Positions 40,094 through 49,261 of a DNA stretch of 64,000 nucleotides are shown here, piece after piece. The notes beneath the pieces are model-generated. The model saw nothing but the letters and a program-made list of their open reading frames with translations. It did no database searches and was not told the origin of the DNA. A program made the translations under genes and the position numbers. The DNA lies in contig JAYWED010000018.1 in the NCBI GenBank assembly GCA_043779525.1, forward strand, positions 20,867 to 84,866, read 5' to 3'. How positions within the stretch are numbered: the stretch's first letter is position 1; each line of letters starts with the position of its first letter. This stretch comes from Candidatus Eiseniibacteriota bacterium. Lineage in GTDB: Bacteria; Eisenbacteria; RBG-16-71-46; SZUA-252.

Positions 40094-41049
40094 CGCGCGG
40101 GGTCCTCCGCGGCGAGGCGCGCGCCGGGCGTGAGCCGCGCGCCGTTCGCGTAGTCCTTGCCTCCCATTTCCTTCCTTCCGCCGGGACGAATCCTACGCAG
40201 CCAGACCGAGCCCTGGCCGAGGGCCAGCTTGATCCCGAGCTCCCGGTCCAGGGCCAGCACGGTGCCCGGCAATGGCGCACCCGCGGCGGCGGCGCTGCCG
40301 GGCGTGGCGGCCAATACCTGCAACGAATCCCCGCCCCCGAGAGCTAAGTGGGCGCCCGGCTTCGGGGAAAACGCGCGCACCTTGCGCGAGAAGAGGACCG
40401 GATCGTCCCAGAGCGAGAGCCTCGCGCTTTCGCGCGTGATCTTGGGAGCGTAGGTGGCGCGTGAAGAATCCTGAGCATCGCGAGTTGCTTCGCCGCTCTC
40501 GATGCGGGTGAGCGTTTCCGAGAGGCAGGCCGCGCCCAGCTCGGCCAGGCGAGCGGTCAGGGAGCCCGCGTCCTCGTCGGGTCCGATCGGCGTCGGACAG
40601 GAGGCAAAGAGAGGACCCTCATCGAGCCTCTCGGTCATCCACATGGTGGTCACTCCGGTCTCCGCGTCTCCCGCCAGGATCGCCGCCTGGATCGGCGAGG
40701 CTCCCCGGTGGCGCGGCAGCAGCGAGAAATGAAGGTTCAAGGCGCCGATCCGCGGGACCGCCAGCAACTCGGCGCTCAGGATCTGCCCGTACGCGGCGAG
40801 AAGAAGAAGGTCGGGCTTGAGCGCGCGGATCCGCTCGATCTCCTCGGGCGCGCCTGCCCTGGCCGGGGTCGCGACCGGGATGCCACGCGACTCCGCCGAT
40901 TTCCGGATTGGAGAAGGAATCACCGCGAGACCGCGCCCCTTGGGGCGGTCTCGGCGCGTCACCACGAGCAAGGGAGCCTTTCCCTCATCCACGAGCCGGT
41001 TCAGGGCGGGCACGGCGAGGGCGGGAGTGCCGTAGTACACGAGGCGCAT
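40090..41049 (-). CDS. fmt: Methionyl-tRNA formyltransferase
   Basis: MRLVYYGTPALAVPAL...; formyltransferase HxSLLPxxRG motif (LNLHFSLLPRHRGASPIQ). Confidence 0.9.
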   Translation of the reverse strand: MRLVYYGTPALAVPALNRLVDEGKAPLLVVTRRDRPKGRGLAVIPSPIRKSAESRGIPVATPARAGAPEEIERIRALKPDLLLLAAYGQILSAELLAVPRIGALNLHFSLLPRHRGASPIQAAILAGDAETGVTTMWMTERLDEGPLFASCPTPIGPDEDAGSLTARLAELGAACLSETLTRIESGEATRDAQDSSRATYAPKITRESARLSLWDDPVLFSRKVRAFSPKPGAHLALGGGDSLQVLAATPGSAAAAGAPLPGTVLALDRELGIKLALGQGSVWLRRIRPGGRKEMGGKDYANGARLTPGARLAAEDPAR

Positions 41050-41057
41050 GGCGCCCT

Positions 41058-41612
41058 CTAGAACGATGGAGAGACGGAGGCGCTGGACGAGGAATCGTCG
41101 GCATCCCCGATCTGCATCCGCGCGAGCTTGGGCTCGAGGAGTTTTCTCCGGATCGCGCTCAGCCGATCGACGAAGAGCACGCCGTCCAGGTGGTCCAGCT
41201 CGTGCTGCAGCGCGCGCGCGAGGAGACCCTGCGCGTGGACGGTGATCCGCGCGCCCGACTCGTCCAGCCCCTCGAACATGACGTCGGAGTAGCGTCTCAC
41301 GTCGGCATGGATGCCGGGGATGCTGAGGCAGCCCTCCTCGCCCACGACGCTCCCTGTGAAACGCACGAGCGTGGGATTCACCAGCGCGAGCTTCGCGCGC
41401 TCGCCATCCTCTCCCTCCACGTCCAGGACGAAGATGCGCTGCGAGATGCCGACCTGGGGCGCGGCGAGCCCGATGCCGCGCTCGCGGTACATCGTGTCGA
41501 AGAGGCCCGCGATCACCGCGCGGATCTCCGACGTGACCGACGCGACGGGCTCGGCTTTCTTGCGGAGGACGGGGTCCCCGTAATAACGCAGCGCGAGCGG
41601 CTTCTTATCCAC
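41058..41612 (-). CDS. def: Peptide deformylase
   Basis: GIGLAAPQVG, EGCLSIPG, HELDHLDG motifs. Confidence 0.9.
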   Translation of the reverse strand: MDKKPLALRYYGDPVLRKKAEPVASVTSEIRAVIAGLFDTMYRERGIGLAAPQVGISQRIFVLDVEGEDGERAKLALVNPTLVRFTGSVVGEEGCLSIPGIHADVRRYSDVMFEGLDESGARITVHAQGLLARALQHELDHLDGVLFVDRLSAIRRKLLEPKLARMQIGDADDSSSSASVSPSF

Positions 41613-41931
41613 TGCGCTCCTTGACCTGGACGATGGACTCGCGGGCGAACTCCAGCTTCACGTCGTCCGCCACCTTGAGCACCACGATGCCTTCCCGCTC
41701 GCCCACCACGGTGCCGTAGAGGCCGCCGGTCGTCAGCACGCGGTCCCCCTTGCGAATGGAGGCGCGCATGGCGTCGGTCTCCTTCTGCTTCCGCTGCTGG
41801 GGGCGGATGATCATGAAGTAGACGATCCCCACGGTCACACCCAGCAGCGTGACCATGTGGATCATCTGGTCCATCGGTGAAGCCGCCTCGGGCACGGCCT
41901 GAGCCGCTTGCGCGAATACGACTGCGAACAT
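41605..41931 (-). CDS. yajC: Preprotein translocase subunit YajC
   Basis: 108 aa, single TM, conserved ...KGDRVLTTGGLYGTVV... YajC core. Confidence 0.75.
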   Translation of the reverse strand: MFAVVFAQAAQAVPEAASPMDQMIHMVTLLGVTVGIVYFMIIRPQQRKQKETDAMRASIRKGDRVLTTGGLYGTVVGEREGIVVLKVADDVKLEFARESIVQVKERSG

Positions 41932-41947
41932 GGATTCTCCTAAGGAC

Positions 41948-43063
41948 TCACGGGGGCGCGGGGGAATCCGCGCCCCGATCGCGGTAGCGCTCCGAAAATT
42001 CCCGCGCGTACGCGCGCAGATCGCCGCGCTCGATCGCGCGGCGTGCGGCTTCCATCAGTGTCTGGTAAAACGTCACGTTGTGCAAGGTCAGCATTCGGTG
42101 CGCGAGGATCTCTCCCGCGAGATGCAGGTGCCGGAGATACGCGCGGGTGAAGAGGGCGCACGCCTCGCATGGGCACGCGGGATCCAGGGGCCGGTCCGAG
42201 CGCGCGTGCGCGGCGTTCCGGATGTTGACCGGACCCTCGCTCGTGAAGGCCATGCCGTTCCGCGCGTTCCTCGTCGGAAGCACGCAGTCGAAGAGATCGA
42301 TGCCGCAGGCGATCCCGTCCAGTAGATCGAGCGGCGTTCCCATCCCCATGAGGTAACGGGGCTGGTGCGGCGGAAGGGCCTCGGCCGCCGCCCTGGCCAG
42401 CTCCCAGGTCTCGCTCTTGGTCTCCCCGACCGACAGGCCGCCGATCGCGAAGCCCTCGCACTCAAGCTCGGCGGTCCGCTCGGCCATTTCCCGGCGCAGC
42501 GCCGTGTCGCCTCCGCCCTGCACGATCGCGAAGTGGATCTGGCGGTACCCGCCGGGCGTGGAGAGGGTCCTCGCGTGGCGAAGCGAGCGCTCCGTCCAGC
42601 GGAGCGTGCGCTCCCCCGCCTCGCGCTGCGCCGCGGCGTCGAGCGGGAGGAGGACGGCATGGTCGAGCGTCACCGCGAAGTCGGAGCCCAGATCCGCCTG
42701 GACCTCCATCGCGCGCTCCGGTGTCAGGAACTCGAGCGTCCCGTCCAGGTGGGACCGGAACTGAACGCCCTCCTCGGATACCTTCACCAGCTCTTTCAGG
42801 CTCAGCACCTGGTAGCCGCCGCTGTCGGTCAGGATCGGACGGTCCCAGGCCATGAAGCGATGCAGCCCGCCCAGGCTCCGGATCGTGTCCGAGCCGGGGC
42901 GAAGCATCAGGTGGTAGGTGTTCGACAGGAGGATGCGGGTTCCGGACGCGCGAAGGTCCGAGGGCGTGAGCCCCTTCACGGTGCCCTGGGTGCCGACCGG
43001 CATGAACGCGGGCGTGGGCACCTCTCCGTGCGGCGTCGCTAGCGAGCCCGCGCGCGGTCCCAA
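41948..43063 (-). CDS. tgt: Queuine tRNA-ribosyltransferase
   Basis: 371 aa; ...TPAFMPVGTQGTVKG..., zinc site CxCxxC (CPCEAC)...H. Confidence 0.9.
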   Translation of the reverse strand: MGPRAGSLATPHGEVPTPAFMPVGTQGTVKGLTPSDLRASGTRILLSNTYHLMLRPGSDTIRSLGGLHRFMAWDRPILTDSGGYQVLSLKELVKVSEEGVQFRSHLDGTLEFLTPERAMEVQADLGSDFAVTLDHAVLLPLDAAAQREAGERTLRWTERSLRHARTLSTPGGYRQIHFAIVQGGGDTALRREMAERTAELECEGFAIGGLSVGETKSETWELARAAAEALPPHQPRYLMGMGTPLDLLDGIACGIDLFDCVLPTRNARNGMAFTSEGPVNIRNAAHARSDRPLDPACPCEACALFTRAYLRHLHLAGEILAHRMLTLHNVTFYQTLMEAARRAIERGDLRAYAREFSERYRDRGADSPAPP

Positions 43064-43117
43064 GGTCCCGCTCCCGGATGTGATCGAGAAGAGGCTCAGG
43101 GATCCGCGCCGGCCCGT

Positions 43118-44539
43118 TCAGCCGCCATGACCCCCGGCCGATTCGATCCGGTATTCCTTGAGCTTGGTGCGCAGGGTCTGTCTCGAGATGCCCAGCCACT
43201 CCGCCGCCTTGGTCTTGTTGCCTCCCGCCTTCCCCAGCGCCATCTCGATCGCGATCCGCTCCGCCTGCGCGAGGGTCGTGATCCCCCCTTCCCCCTTGAG
43301 CCGCGTTTCCAGAACCACCGCGCCTCCGCCGGTCGCGCCCACGATCTCCATCGGAAGGTGCTCGGGCAGGATCCACTCCTCGCTCTCGAGCAGGATGGCG
43401 CGCTCGATCACGTTCTTCAGCTCGCGGACGTTTCCGGGCCAGCGGTAGGCCAGGAGAAGCTCCAGCGCCCGGTCGTTCGGACCCTTCACGCTCCGGCCCA
43501 GGTCGCGGTTCCACATGCCGACGAAGTGGTCGATGAGCGGCGGAATGTCCTCGGGACGCTCGCGGAGCGGCGGCACCACGATCCGGATCACGTCGAGCCG
43601 GAAGTAGAGGTCCTCCCTGAATTTCTCCTGAGCCACGAGCGCCCTGAGATCGCGGTTCGTCGCGGCCACGATGCGGGTCTCGACCAGGATGTCGCTCGTT
43701 CCTCCGAGGCGCCGGAAGCGCTTCTGATCGAGCGCGCGCAGCAGCTTCGACTGGAGGCCGAGGCTCATCTCCCCGATCTCGTCCAGGAAGAGGGTGCCGC
43801 CGTTGGCGACCTCCATGAGCCCCTTCTTCATCCGCTTCGCGTCGGTATGGCTGCCGCGCTCGAACCCAAAGAGCTCGCTCTCGAGCAGGGTCTCGGGGAT
43901 CGCGCTGCAGTTCACCTCGACGAAGGGGCCGTCGTGCGAGGGCCCCAGGTCATGCACCTCGCGCGCGAGAAGCTCCTTCCCCACGCCCGTCTCCCCCTGG
44001 AGCAGCACGGTGGAGCTTCCGCTGGTCGCGACCTTTCGCACTGTCTCGAACACCTTCGCGAGCTTCGAGCTTCCGCCCACGATGAGCGTCGAGCCCGCGC
44101 GGCGCCGCTCGGCGGCGCGGAGCCGCTTGACCTCCTCGGAGAGTCGCGTCTGGGAGAGCGCGTTCTTGATCACGAGCTTCATGTGATCCAGCTCGAACGG
44201 CTTGCCGATGTAATCGAAGCAGCCGGCCTTCGTGGCCTCGACGGCCGATTCGAATTTCCCGAACGCCGTCATGATCACGACCTGCGTCTCCGGGTATCGG
44301 GAGCGTATCTCCTTCAGGAGCTGGAGCCCGTTCCCATCGGGAAGCTTCTGGTCGAGCAGTGCGAGATGGAACTCCTCGCGGCTCAGGATCGCCAGCGCCG
44401 AGGACACGTCCCCCGCCGTCTCCACCCGATACCCCTCCTCCGAGAGACCCTCCTGAAGCGCGAAGCGGAGCGTCTTCTCGTCGTCCACGACCAGAATCCC
44501 GAATGACTGCCTAGCGAGGATTACCACGCCTGTCTCCAT
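43118..44539 (-). CDS. Sigma-54-dependent response regulator (receiver + AAA+ sigma-54 activator + Fis-type HTH), NtrC family
   Basis: Receiver ILVVDDE...LDQKLPDGNG; Walker A GETGVGKE; GAFTGA-equivalent ESELFGFERGSHTDA; C-terminal HTH ...AAEWLGISRQTLRTKLKEY. Confidence 0.85.
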   Translation of the reverse strand: METGVVILARQSFGILVVDDEKTLRFALQEGLSEEGYRVETAGDVSSALAILSREEFHLALLDQKLPDGNGLQLLKEIRSRYPETQVVIMTAFGKFESAVEATKAGCFDYIGKPFELDHMKLVIKNALSQTRLSEEVKRLRAAERRRAGSTLIVGGSSKLAKVFETVRKVATSGSSTVLLQGETGVGKELLAREVHDLGPSHDGPFVEVNCSAIPETLLESELFGFERGSHTDAKRMKKGLMEVANGGTLFLDEIGEMSLGLQSKLLRALDQKRFRRLGGTSDILVETRIVAATNRDLRALVAQEKFREDLYFRLDVIRIVVPPLRERPEDIPPLIDHFVGMWNRDLGRSVKGPNDRALELLLAYRWPGNVRELKNVIERAILLESEEWILPEHLPMEIVGATGGGAVVLETRLKGEGGITTLAQAERIAIEMALGKAGGNKTKAAEWLGISRQTLRTKLKEYRIESAGGHGG

Positions 44540-45770
44540 GTCGTTTCTCCACGGGTAAGTCGATGAGCACGCTCGTCCCCTGCCCGACCACGCTTTCGAT
44601 CGAGATGGATCCTCCGTGCTCCCTGATGATCGTCTGGCAAATGCTGAGACCGAGCCCGGTCCCCTGCGTACGCGTCGTGTAGAACGGATCGAAGACGCGC
44701 GCGAGAACGGCCGCGGGAATCCCCGGGCCGTTGTCCTGGATCCGCACCTCGACCAGGTCGAGCAGCGGCGCGGGCCGGCGCTGGCCCAGCCGGTCTTCCG
44801 CGCGGCGCCCGAGCCGCGAGCGCTCGGCGAGGCGCTTGCGGACCGGGCCCACCGTGACCGAGAGCTCGCCCCCCTGATCCAGCGCCTGGAGCGCGTTCAT
44901 GATCACGTTGAGCATCACCTGGAGGATCTGGTCCAGGTCGACGTAGACGTCGGGAACGGTGTCCGCCCGCTCGATGGAGATGAGGACGTTCTGGCGCACC
45001 GCGACTTCGTGCACGAGCGTGAGCGCCCGCTCCAGAGCCGGAAGGATGGACTGGCGCTGGAGCTTGGGCGTGTTGGGACGGGCGAACTGGAGCAGACCGG
45101 TCACGATGCGGTCCAGGCGCGAGACTTCCTCGAGGATGAGATCGATGAACTGGGCGCGCGGGTCTCCGACCTCGAGGCGCCGCTTCATGACCTGGGCCGA
45201 TGTGCCGATCCCCGCGAGGGGATTGCGGATCTCGTGGGCGACCCCGGCGGCCAGGGCGCCCAGGGAGGCGAGCCGGTCCCGGCGCCGCCATTGCTCCTCG
45301 AGCGCTTTCTGCTCGCGCAAATCCTGAAACAACGCGAGCGTGCCCTGGAGCGCTCCGTCCATCCCCTCGAGGGGAAGAAGCCTGAGGCCCACGGGCAGCA
45401 CGTCCCCCGACCGGGTGACGACCTCCACCTCGCGCGCCTCCTCGGGCGCCGCGCACGCGCCGGGAGAGACGTGCGACTCGCCGCGCGGAGCACGAAGGAT
45501 CTGCGCGACCGCCTCCCCTTCCACTTCCTCGCTCGGATAGCCCAGGAGCTTCGAGGCGGCGGGATTGATCGCGAGGACCGTTCCGTCACGGCCGATCGCG
45601 ATCACTCCGAGGGGAGCGTGGCGGAGAAAGCTCCAGGCTGCCTCGAGAGCATGCTGGCCGGGAGGGGATGGCTCACGGCCCGCGTGAAGAACGCCGCGGG
45701 ATCTCATGCGCGGGCCGCCTCGATGCGCCGGACGGCGTTCGACGCCAGGGACTCGGAAAGGGAATCGCAC
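44511..45770 (-). CDS. Soluble PAS-domain sensor histidine kinase
   Basis: PAS (…GVIAIGRDGTVLAINPAASKLLGY…), H-box AAGVAHEIRNPLAGI, N/G1/G2 boxes (…IRIQDNGPGIP…GTGLGLSI…). Confidence 0.8.
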   Translation of the reverse strand: MRFPFRVPGVERRPAHRGGPRMRSRGVLHAGREPSPPGQHALEAAWSFLRHAPLGVIAIGRDGTVLAINPAASKLLGYPSEEVEGEAVAQILRAPRGESHVSPGACAAPEEAREVEVVTRSGDVLPVGLRLLPLEGMDGALQGTLALFQDLREQKALEEQWRRRDRLASLGALAAGVAHEIRNPLAGIGTSAQVMKRRLEVGDPRAQFIDLILEEVSRLDRIVTGLLQFARPNTPKLQRQSILPALERALTLVHEVAVRQNVLISIERADTVPDVYVDLDQILQVMLNVIMNALQALDQGGELSVTVGPVRKRLAERSRLGRRAEDRLGQRRPAPLLDLVEVRIQDNGPGIPAAVLARVFDPFYTTRTQGTGLGLSICQTIIREHGGSISIESVVGQGTSVLIDLPVEKRHGDRRGNPR

Positions 45771-46210
45771 GCGCGCGGCGGACGGAGCGTCGCGATCACA
45801 GCCAGGTAGCGGGTCTCGGGGTCCGGATCGAATACGCGATCCTCGAGAGCACAGCTTGCCGAGGCACCGAGACCCTCCGTCCTGGGTCTCTGCGCCTCGC
45901 GGTCCTTCGCACTCGGATCCGCGCGTTGAAGCAAGTCTGCGGCATTCCAGCCGGTTTCCGGCATGTGGTCCGCGCTCGACTCCGCATCCGGGTGTGGAGG
46001 GAACTCAGGGCACCGGTAATGTTCTTACCAGCGACCTTTCGACCCGGTCAAGCGGTTTCAGGCGTCCCGGCCCTGGACGCCCCGCCCTGCCGCGCGAGCC
46101 GGCGCAGCAGGAGACGGCTCAGGACCCTGCGAACCTCGGGGCGATCGTAGTAGCGGTCCCGGATGCGGCGCCGGATCTCCTCCATCCGCGAGGAGGCCAG
46201 TACAGGAGGC

Positions 46211-46546
46211 TCAATTGAGGTTAGCGGCACGGCTGCGGTCCCTCCGGATCGATGCGATTGCTTCGGTCCAGCTCTCTTTCAGATCGACGAGCGCTTCGGC
46301 CGCTTCGTCGAAGCGGCCCTCCGCCGATTCCGCCATGCAGAAGTCGATGATCCCGAGCACCCGCCCCGCCACGTCCTCGCTCGCGAGCTCCAGGCACTGC
46401 ATGGATTCGAGCAGCGCCTCCTCGACCACCGGCCGGCTTCCGTTCCGGCATCCCCGGAGCGCGCAGTCCAGCAAAGCAAGGACCTCGTCGCAGCGGCGGA
46501 GCCAGCGGTCCAGCTCCGCCGGACCCTGCTCGTAGAGTTGACTCAC
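46211..46546 (-). CDS. fliS: Flagellar export chaperone FliS-like protein
   Basis: 111 aa; by-eye alignment to Bacillus FliS: AELDRWLRRCDEVLALLDCAL ~ PGELTLMLYNGCLKFIRLAAQAI; VLGIIDFCMAESAEGRFDEAAEALVDLKESWTEAI ~ AMYDYMYRRLVQANIKNDTGMLAEVEGYVTEFRDAWKQAI. GTG start overlapping csrA stop (TAGTG). Confidence 0.55.
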   Translation of the reverse strand: MSQLYEQGPAELDRWLRRCDEVLALLDCALRGCRNGSRPVVEEALLESMQCLELASEDVAGRVLGIIDFCMAESAEGRFDEAAEALVDLKESWTEAIASIRRDRSRAANLN

Positions 46547-46767
46547 TAGGAGCCGCTTCCCACGCCATCGGACCCCTCCGGCTTGACCGCCTGGGCCCTG
46601 CGGTTCTCCTCCTGGATGCGCTCGTAGATCTCCTCCCGATGGACCTTCACGCTCGGCGGAGCGTCGATTCCCAGCTTCACGTGATTACCCTTCACTTCCA
46701 CGATCGTGATCTTCACGTCGTCTCCGATCCGGATATTCTCGCCGAGTTTTCGGGTCAGGAGGAGCAT
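46546..46767 (-). CDS. csrA: Carbon storage regulator CsrA
   Basis: From ATG 46765-46767: [58 protein letters not shown]... canonical CsrA; RBS AAGAGGG. The 127-aa ORF's upstream 53 codons are judged non-coding. Confidence 0.8.
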   Translation of the reverse strand: MLLLTRKLGENIRIGDDVKITIVEVKGNHVKLGIDAPPSVKVHREEIYERIQEENRRAQAVKPEGSDGVGSGS

Positions 46768-46997
46768 CGTGCCCTCTTGTCTCTCTCCGGCGTCCTGCCG
46801 GCCAGGACCGCGTTTGGCGGTCGCGCCTCGTGCGCTTCCACTCGCGGCTCGTCCTGATTTTTCTTCGGCAGGACCCTCCACCTTCTGAACCGGAATGCCC
46901 CGACTCCGCTCGTTCCAGACGCGCATTCTCGGCGAAGGCCGGATCGAGCCAGCGCGTTCGTTGCCGCGTGCCGCGCGTGCTGTTAGGATCGGCGTCC

Positions 46998-47376
46998 ATG
47001 AGGAAAAACACCCGTTTCGCGGCGGCTCGCTGGGCGGTTATCGTGCTCGCCTCAGCGCTTCTCTGCGGCTGTGGGCACCGCGGAGGCAACCTGGCTTCCG
47101 CGGCCGGAGGGTCTGGGAGCGCATCACGCCGGCCTTGGTAATCGCGCCGGACCGGCCCGACTGGTGCGCGGATTCGATCGCGTTTCAGGTGATGGCCGCT
47201 GGGGAGTCTGGACCGTGAGCCCGATCGGCGAGGCGCGGGAATTCGACGTTCTGGCGCAGGACATCGATGGCGCCGAGATTCGCCACCCGTGCGGGTCGCC
47301 GGACGGTGCCCGAATCTTGTTATCGTCGGATCGGAGCGGAGACCGGGCGCTCTGGAGGCTTTCCAGCCTCCCCTGA
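46998..47376 (+). pseudogene. Possible frameshifted remnant: lipoprotein signal peptide (frame 0, 46998-47141) followed in another frame by a TolB-like beta-propeller blade fragment (47071-47376)
   Basis: ATG 46998: [27 protein letters not shown]... stops after 47 codons; overlapping +1 frame reads ...GDGRWGVWTVSPIGEAREFDVLAQDIDGAEIRHPCGSPDGARILLSSDRSGDRALWRLS (SPDG/DRSG blade-like). Confidence 0.25.
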
Positions 47377-47377
47377 A

Positions 47378-48193
47378 TCAGACGAAGCCCAGACCGGGCA
47401 GCTTCTTTCGGAACGCGCGCGCGAATTGCCGCGCGGCCTCCTCGCGCGCGTCGGCGGTCCGGGCGTCGAGAATCGCCTCGAGGAGCGCGCTCCCGACGAT
47501 CACGCCTTCCGCCTTCCCCCGGTAGCGCTCGATCGGCGTCTTCAGACCGATGCCGAACCCGAGGCAGCGCGGCGCCGGGGAAAGCTCGCGGCAGCGCGCG
47601 AGGAGCGAGTCGACCGCGGCGTCCTCCCCGCCCTTCCCGGTGACGCCGAGCCGCGCCACGACATAGATGTACCCGCGTGCCCCCTCGAGCAGCCTGGGCA
47701 GCCGTTCCGGATCGGTGGTCGGCGCCACGAGCGGGATTGTGTCGATCCCGCTCCCGCGCAGATCCTTCCAGAGCCCCGGCTCTTCCTCCGGCGGCAGGTC
47801 CACGAGCACGAGGCCGTCCACGCCGGCATCCGCGGCGTCGGCGGCGAATCGCGCCGCCCCGTAGCTCAGGATCGGGTTCAGGTAGGTCATGAGCACGAGC
47901 GGCGTCTCGTGGCGCGCCCGGAGCCTCATCGCCTGCCCCAGCACGTGCGCGAGGGTGGTGCCCGCTCGAAGGGCGGTCTCCGTCGTGCGCTGGATCACCG
48001 GCCCGTCGGCGACCGGGTCGGAGAAAGGCACGCCGAGCTCGAGCAGGTCCGCGCCCTCCTCGCAGATGGACGAGGCAAGCCGGTCGGATTCGACGAGATC
48101 GGGAAATCCGGAGGTGAGAAACGGGACGAACGCTCCGCGGCGTTCCCTGCGGGCGGTCTCGAACGCACGGCCGAGCCGGCCGGCCGTGCTCAA
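47378..48193 (-). CDS. trpA: Tryptophan synthase alpha chain (no adjacent trpB)
   Basis: 271 aa; ...GADLLELGVPFSDPVADGPVIQ... and ...GFGIGLKTPIE... TrpA motifs. Confidence 0.85.
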   Translation of the reverse strand: MSTAGRLGRAFETARRERRGAFVPFLTSGFPDLVESDRLASSICEEGADLLELGVPFSDPVADGPVIQRTTETALRAGTTLAHVLGQAMRLRARHETPLVLMTYLNPILSYGAARFAADAADAGVDGLVLVDLPPEEEPGLWKDLRGSGIDTIPLVAPTTDPERLPRLLEGARGYIYVVARLGVTGKGGEDAAVDSLLARCRELSPAPRCLGFGIGLKTPIERYRGKAEGVIVGSALLEAILDARTADAREEAARQFARAFRKKLPGLGFV

Positions 48194-49215
48194 CCGATCA
48201 GGGCCGCGGCCCGCCGATAGGCTTCGCGGGCACGGGACGGCAGCTCCTTCTTGTCGAAGGCAACGCCCAGGAGGCGATGGATGCGGGGATCGTCGGGGTT
48301 CAAGCGCGCCGCGGTCTCGAGCGCGAGGATGGCCTGGTCCACGGCCTCCTGGCTGTTGTAGGCGACGCCCAGATAAAAATGGAGGCGCGCTTCGTCGGGC
48401 CGCCTCTCGATCGCCTGCTTCAGCTCCGCGACCGCGCTGGCATAGGCCCCGGTCCGCTGATGCAGGAGCGCCAGAGCGTAGAGCCCCTCCACGTTCCCCG
48501 GGTCCAGCCGCACCGACTCGTGCAAGGTCGTCTCCGCCTGAGCCAGCTCGTCCTCGGCGAGGAGCGCCCAGCCGAGATTGAAATGCGATTCCGAGGATTC
48601 CGGATCCAGGTCCACGGCGCGCCGGAATTCCGCCAGCGCCTCCTCGCGGAGCCCTTCCTCGGCGTAGAGCGCGCCCAGGTTCGAGTGCGCCTCGGCGCAG
48701 CCGGGGTCCGCCGAGATGGCGCGCTTGAGCGCGCTCACGGCGCCGACCCGGTCGCCTCCGTCGGCGCGCGCGAGCCCGAGGTTCACCCAGGCCTTCACGT
48801 GATCGGGCTTGAGCCGCACGGCTTCCTCGTAGGACGCCACGGCTTCGGCGGTCCGTCCCTGGCGCCCCTTGTGGAGCCCGCGGAGGTACCAGACGTCCTC
48901 GGCCTCCGCGCTGGCCTCGAGCGCTTTCTGGAAGTAGAGATCCGCCTCCTCGAAGGTCCCGGAGCGCGAGAGAAGGTCCGCGAGCGAGACCAGGAGGCCG
49001 GCGTGACGGGAGTGCGTGAGGATTCCCTGGCGGAGGACGTCGATCGCTCGGTCGCGGCGGCCCTCGAGCGCGAAGATGCGCGCGGCCTCACGGATTTGCT
49101 CGGGCTCGGAAGAGCCGCGCGCGAGATTTTCGGCGAGGGCGAGGCTCTCTTCGCTCCCTGCCTGCGACGCTCCCAGCGGAGCGTCCGACATCGTCATCGG
49201 CATGGCACGATCCAC
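48190..49215 (-). CDS. TPR-repeat protein
   Basis: 341 aa with about 8 TPR-like repeats (…AWVNLGLARADGGDRVGAVSALKRAISADPG…AHSNLGALYAEEG…). Confidence 0.6.
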   Translation of the reverse strand: MDRAMPMTMSDAPLGASQAGSEESLALAENLARGSSEPEQIREAARIFALEGRRDRAIDVLRQGILTHSRHAGLLVSLADLLSRSGTFEEADLYFQKALEASAEAEDVWYLRGLHKGRQGRTAEAVASYEEAVRLKPDHVKAWVNLGLARADGGDRVGAVSALKRAISADPGCAEAHSNLGALYAEEGLREEALAEFRRAVDLDPESSESHFNLGWALLAEDELAQAETTLHESVRLDPGNVEGLYALALLHQRTGAYASAVAELKQAIERRPDEARLHFYLGVAYNSQEAVDQAILALETAARLNPDDPRIHRLLGVAFDKKELPSRAREAYRRAAALIG

Positions 49216-49261
49216 GGCCGGAGCCTAGGGATCGCGCGAAGCTCGTGTCAACGAAAAAGGG

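Noticed and set aside
38642-40153. 503-aa plus-strand ORF
   Set aside because: Antisense to rsmB.
42462-43514. 350-aa minus-strand ORF and other Arg/Gly/Pro-rich ORFs overlapping tgt and the sigma-54 regulator
   Set aside because: Alternative frames of well-supported genes.
45771-46210. Search for a sigma-54 (-24/-12) promoter downstream of the NtrC-like pair and upstream of csrA/mglA
   Set aside because: Closest candidates (for example TGGAATgccgcagacTTGCT, TGGCGCgccatgcaggTTGCA) have wrong GG-to-GC spacing (17 versus 12).
46048-46230. 60-aa minus-strand ORF (possible 45-aa MEEIRRRIRDRYYDRPEVRR... from internal ATG) between the histidine kinase and fliS
   Set aside because: Overlaps the fliS 3' end, no RBS, Arg-rich composition consistent with GC-driven ORF; kept only as a remote possibility.
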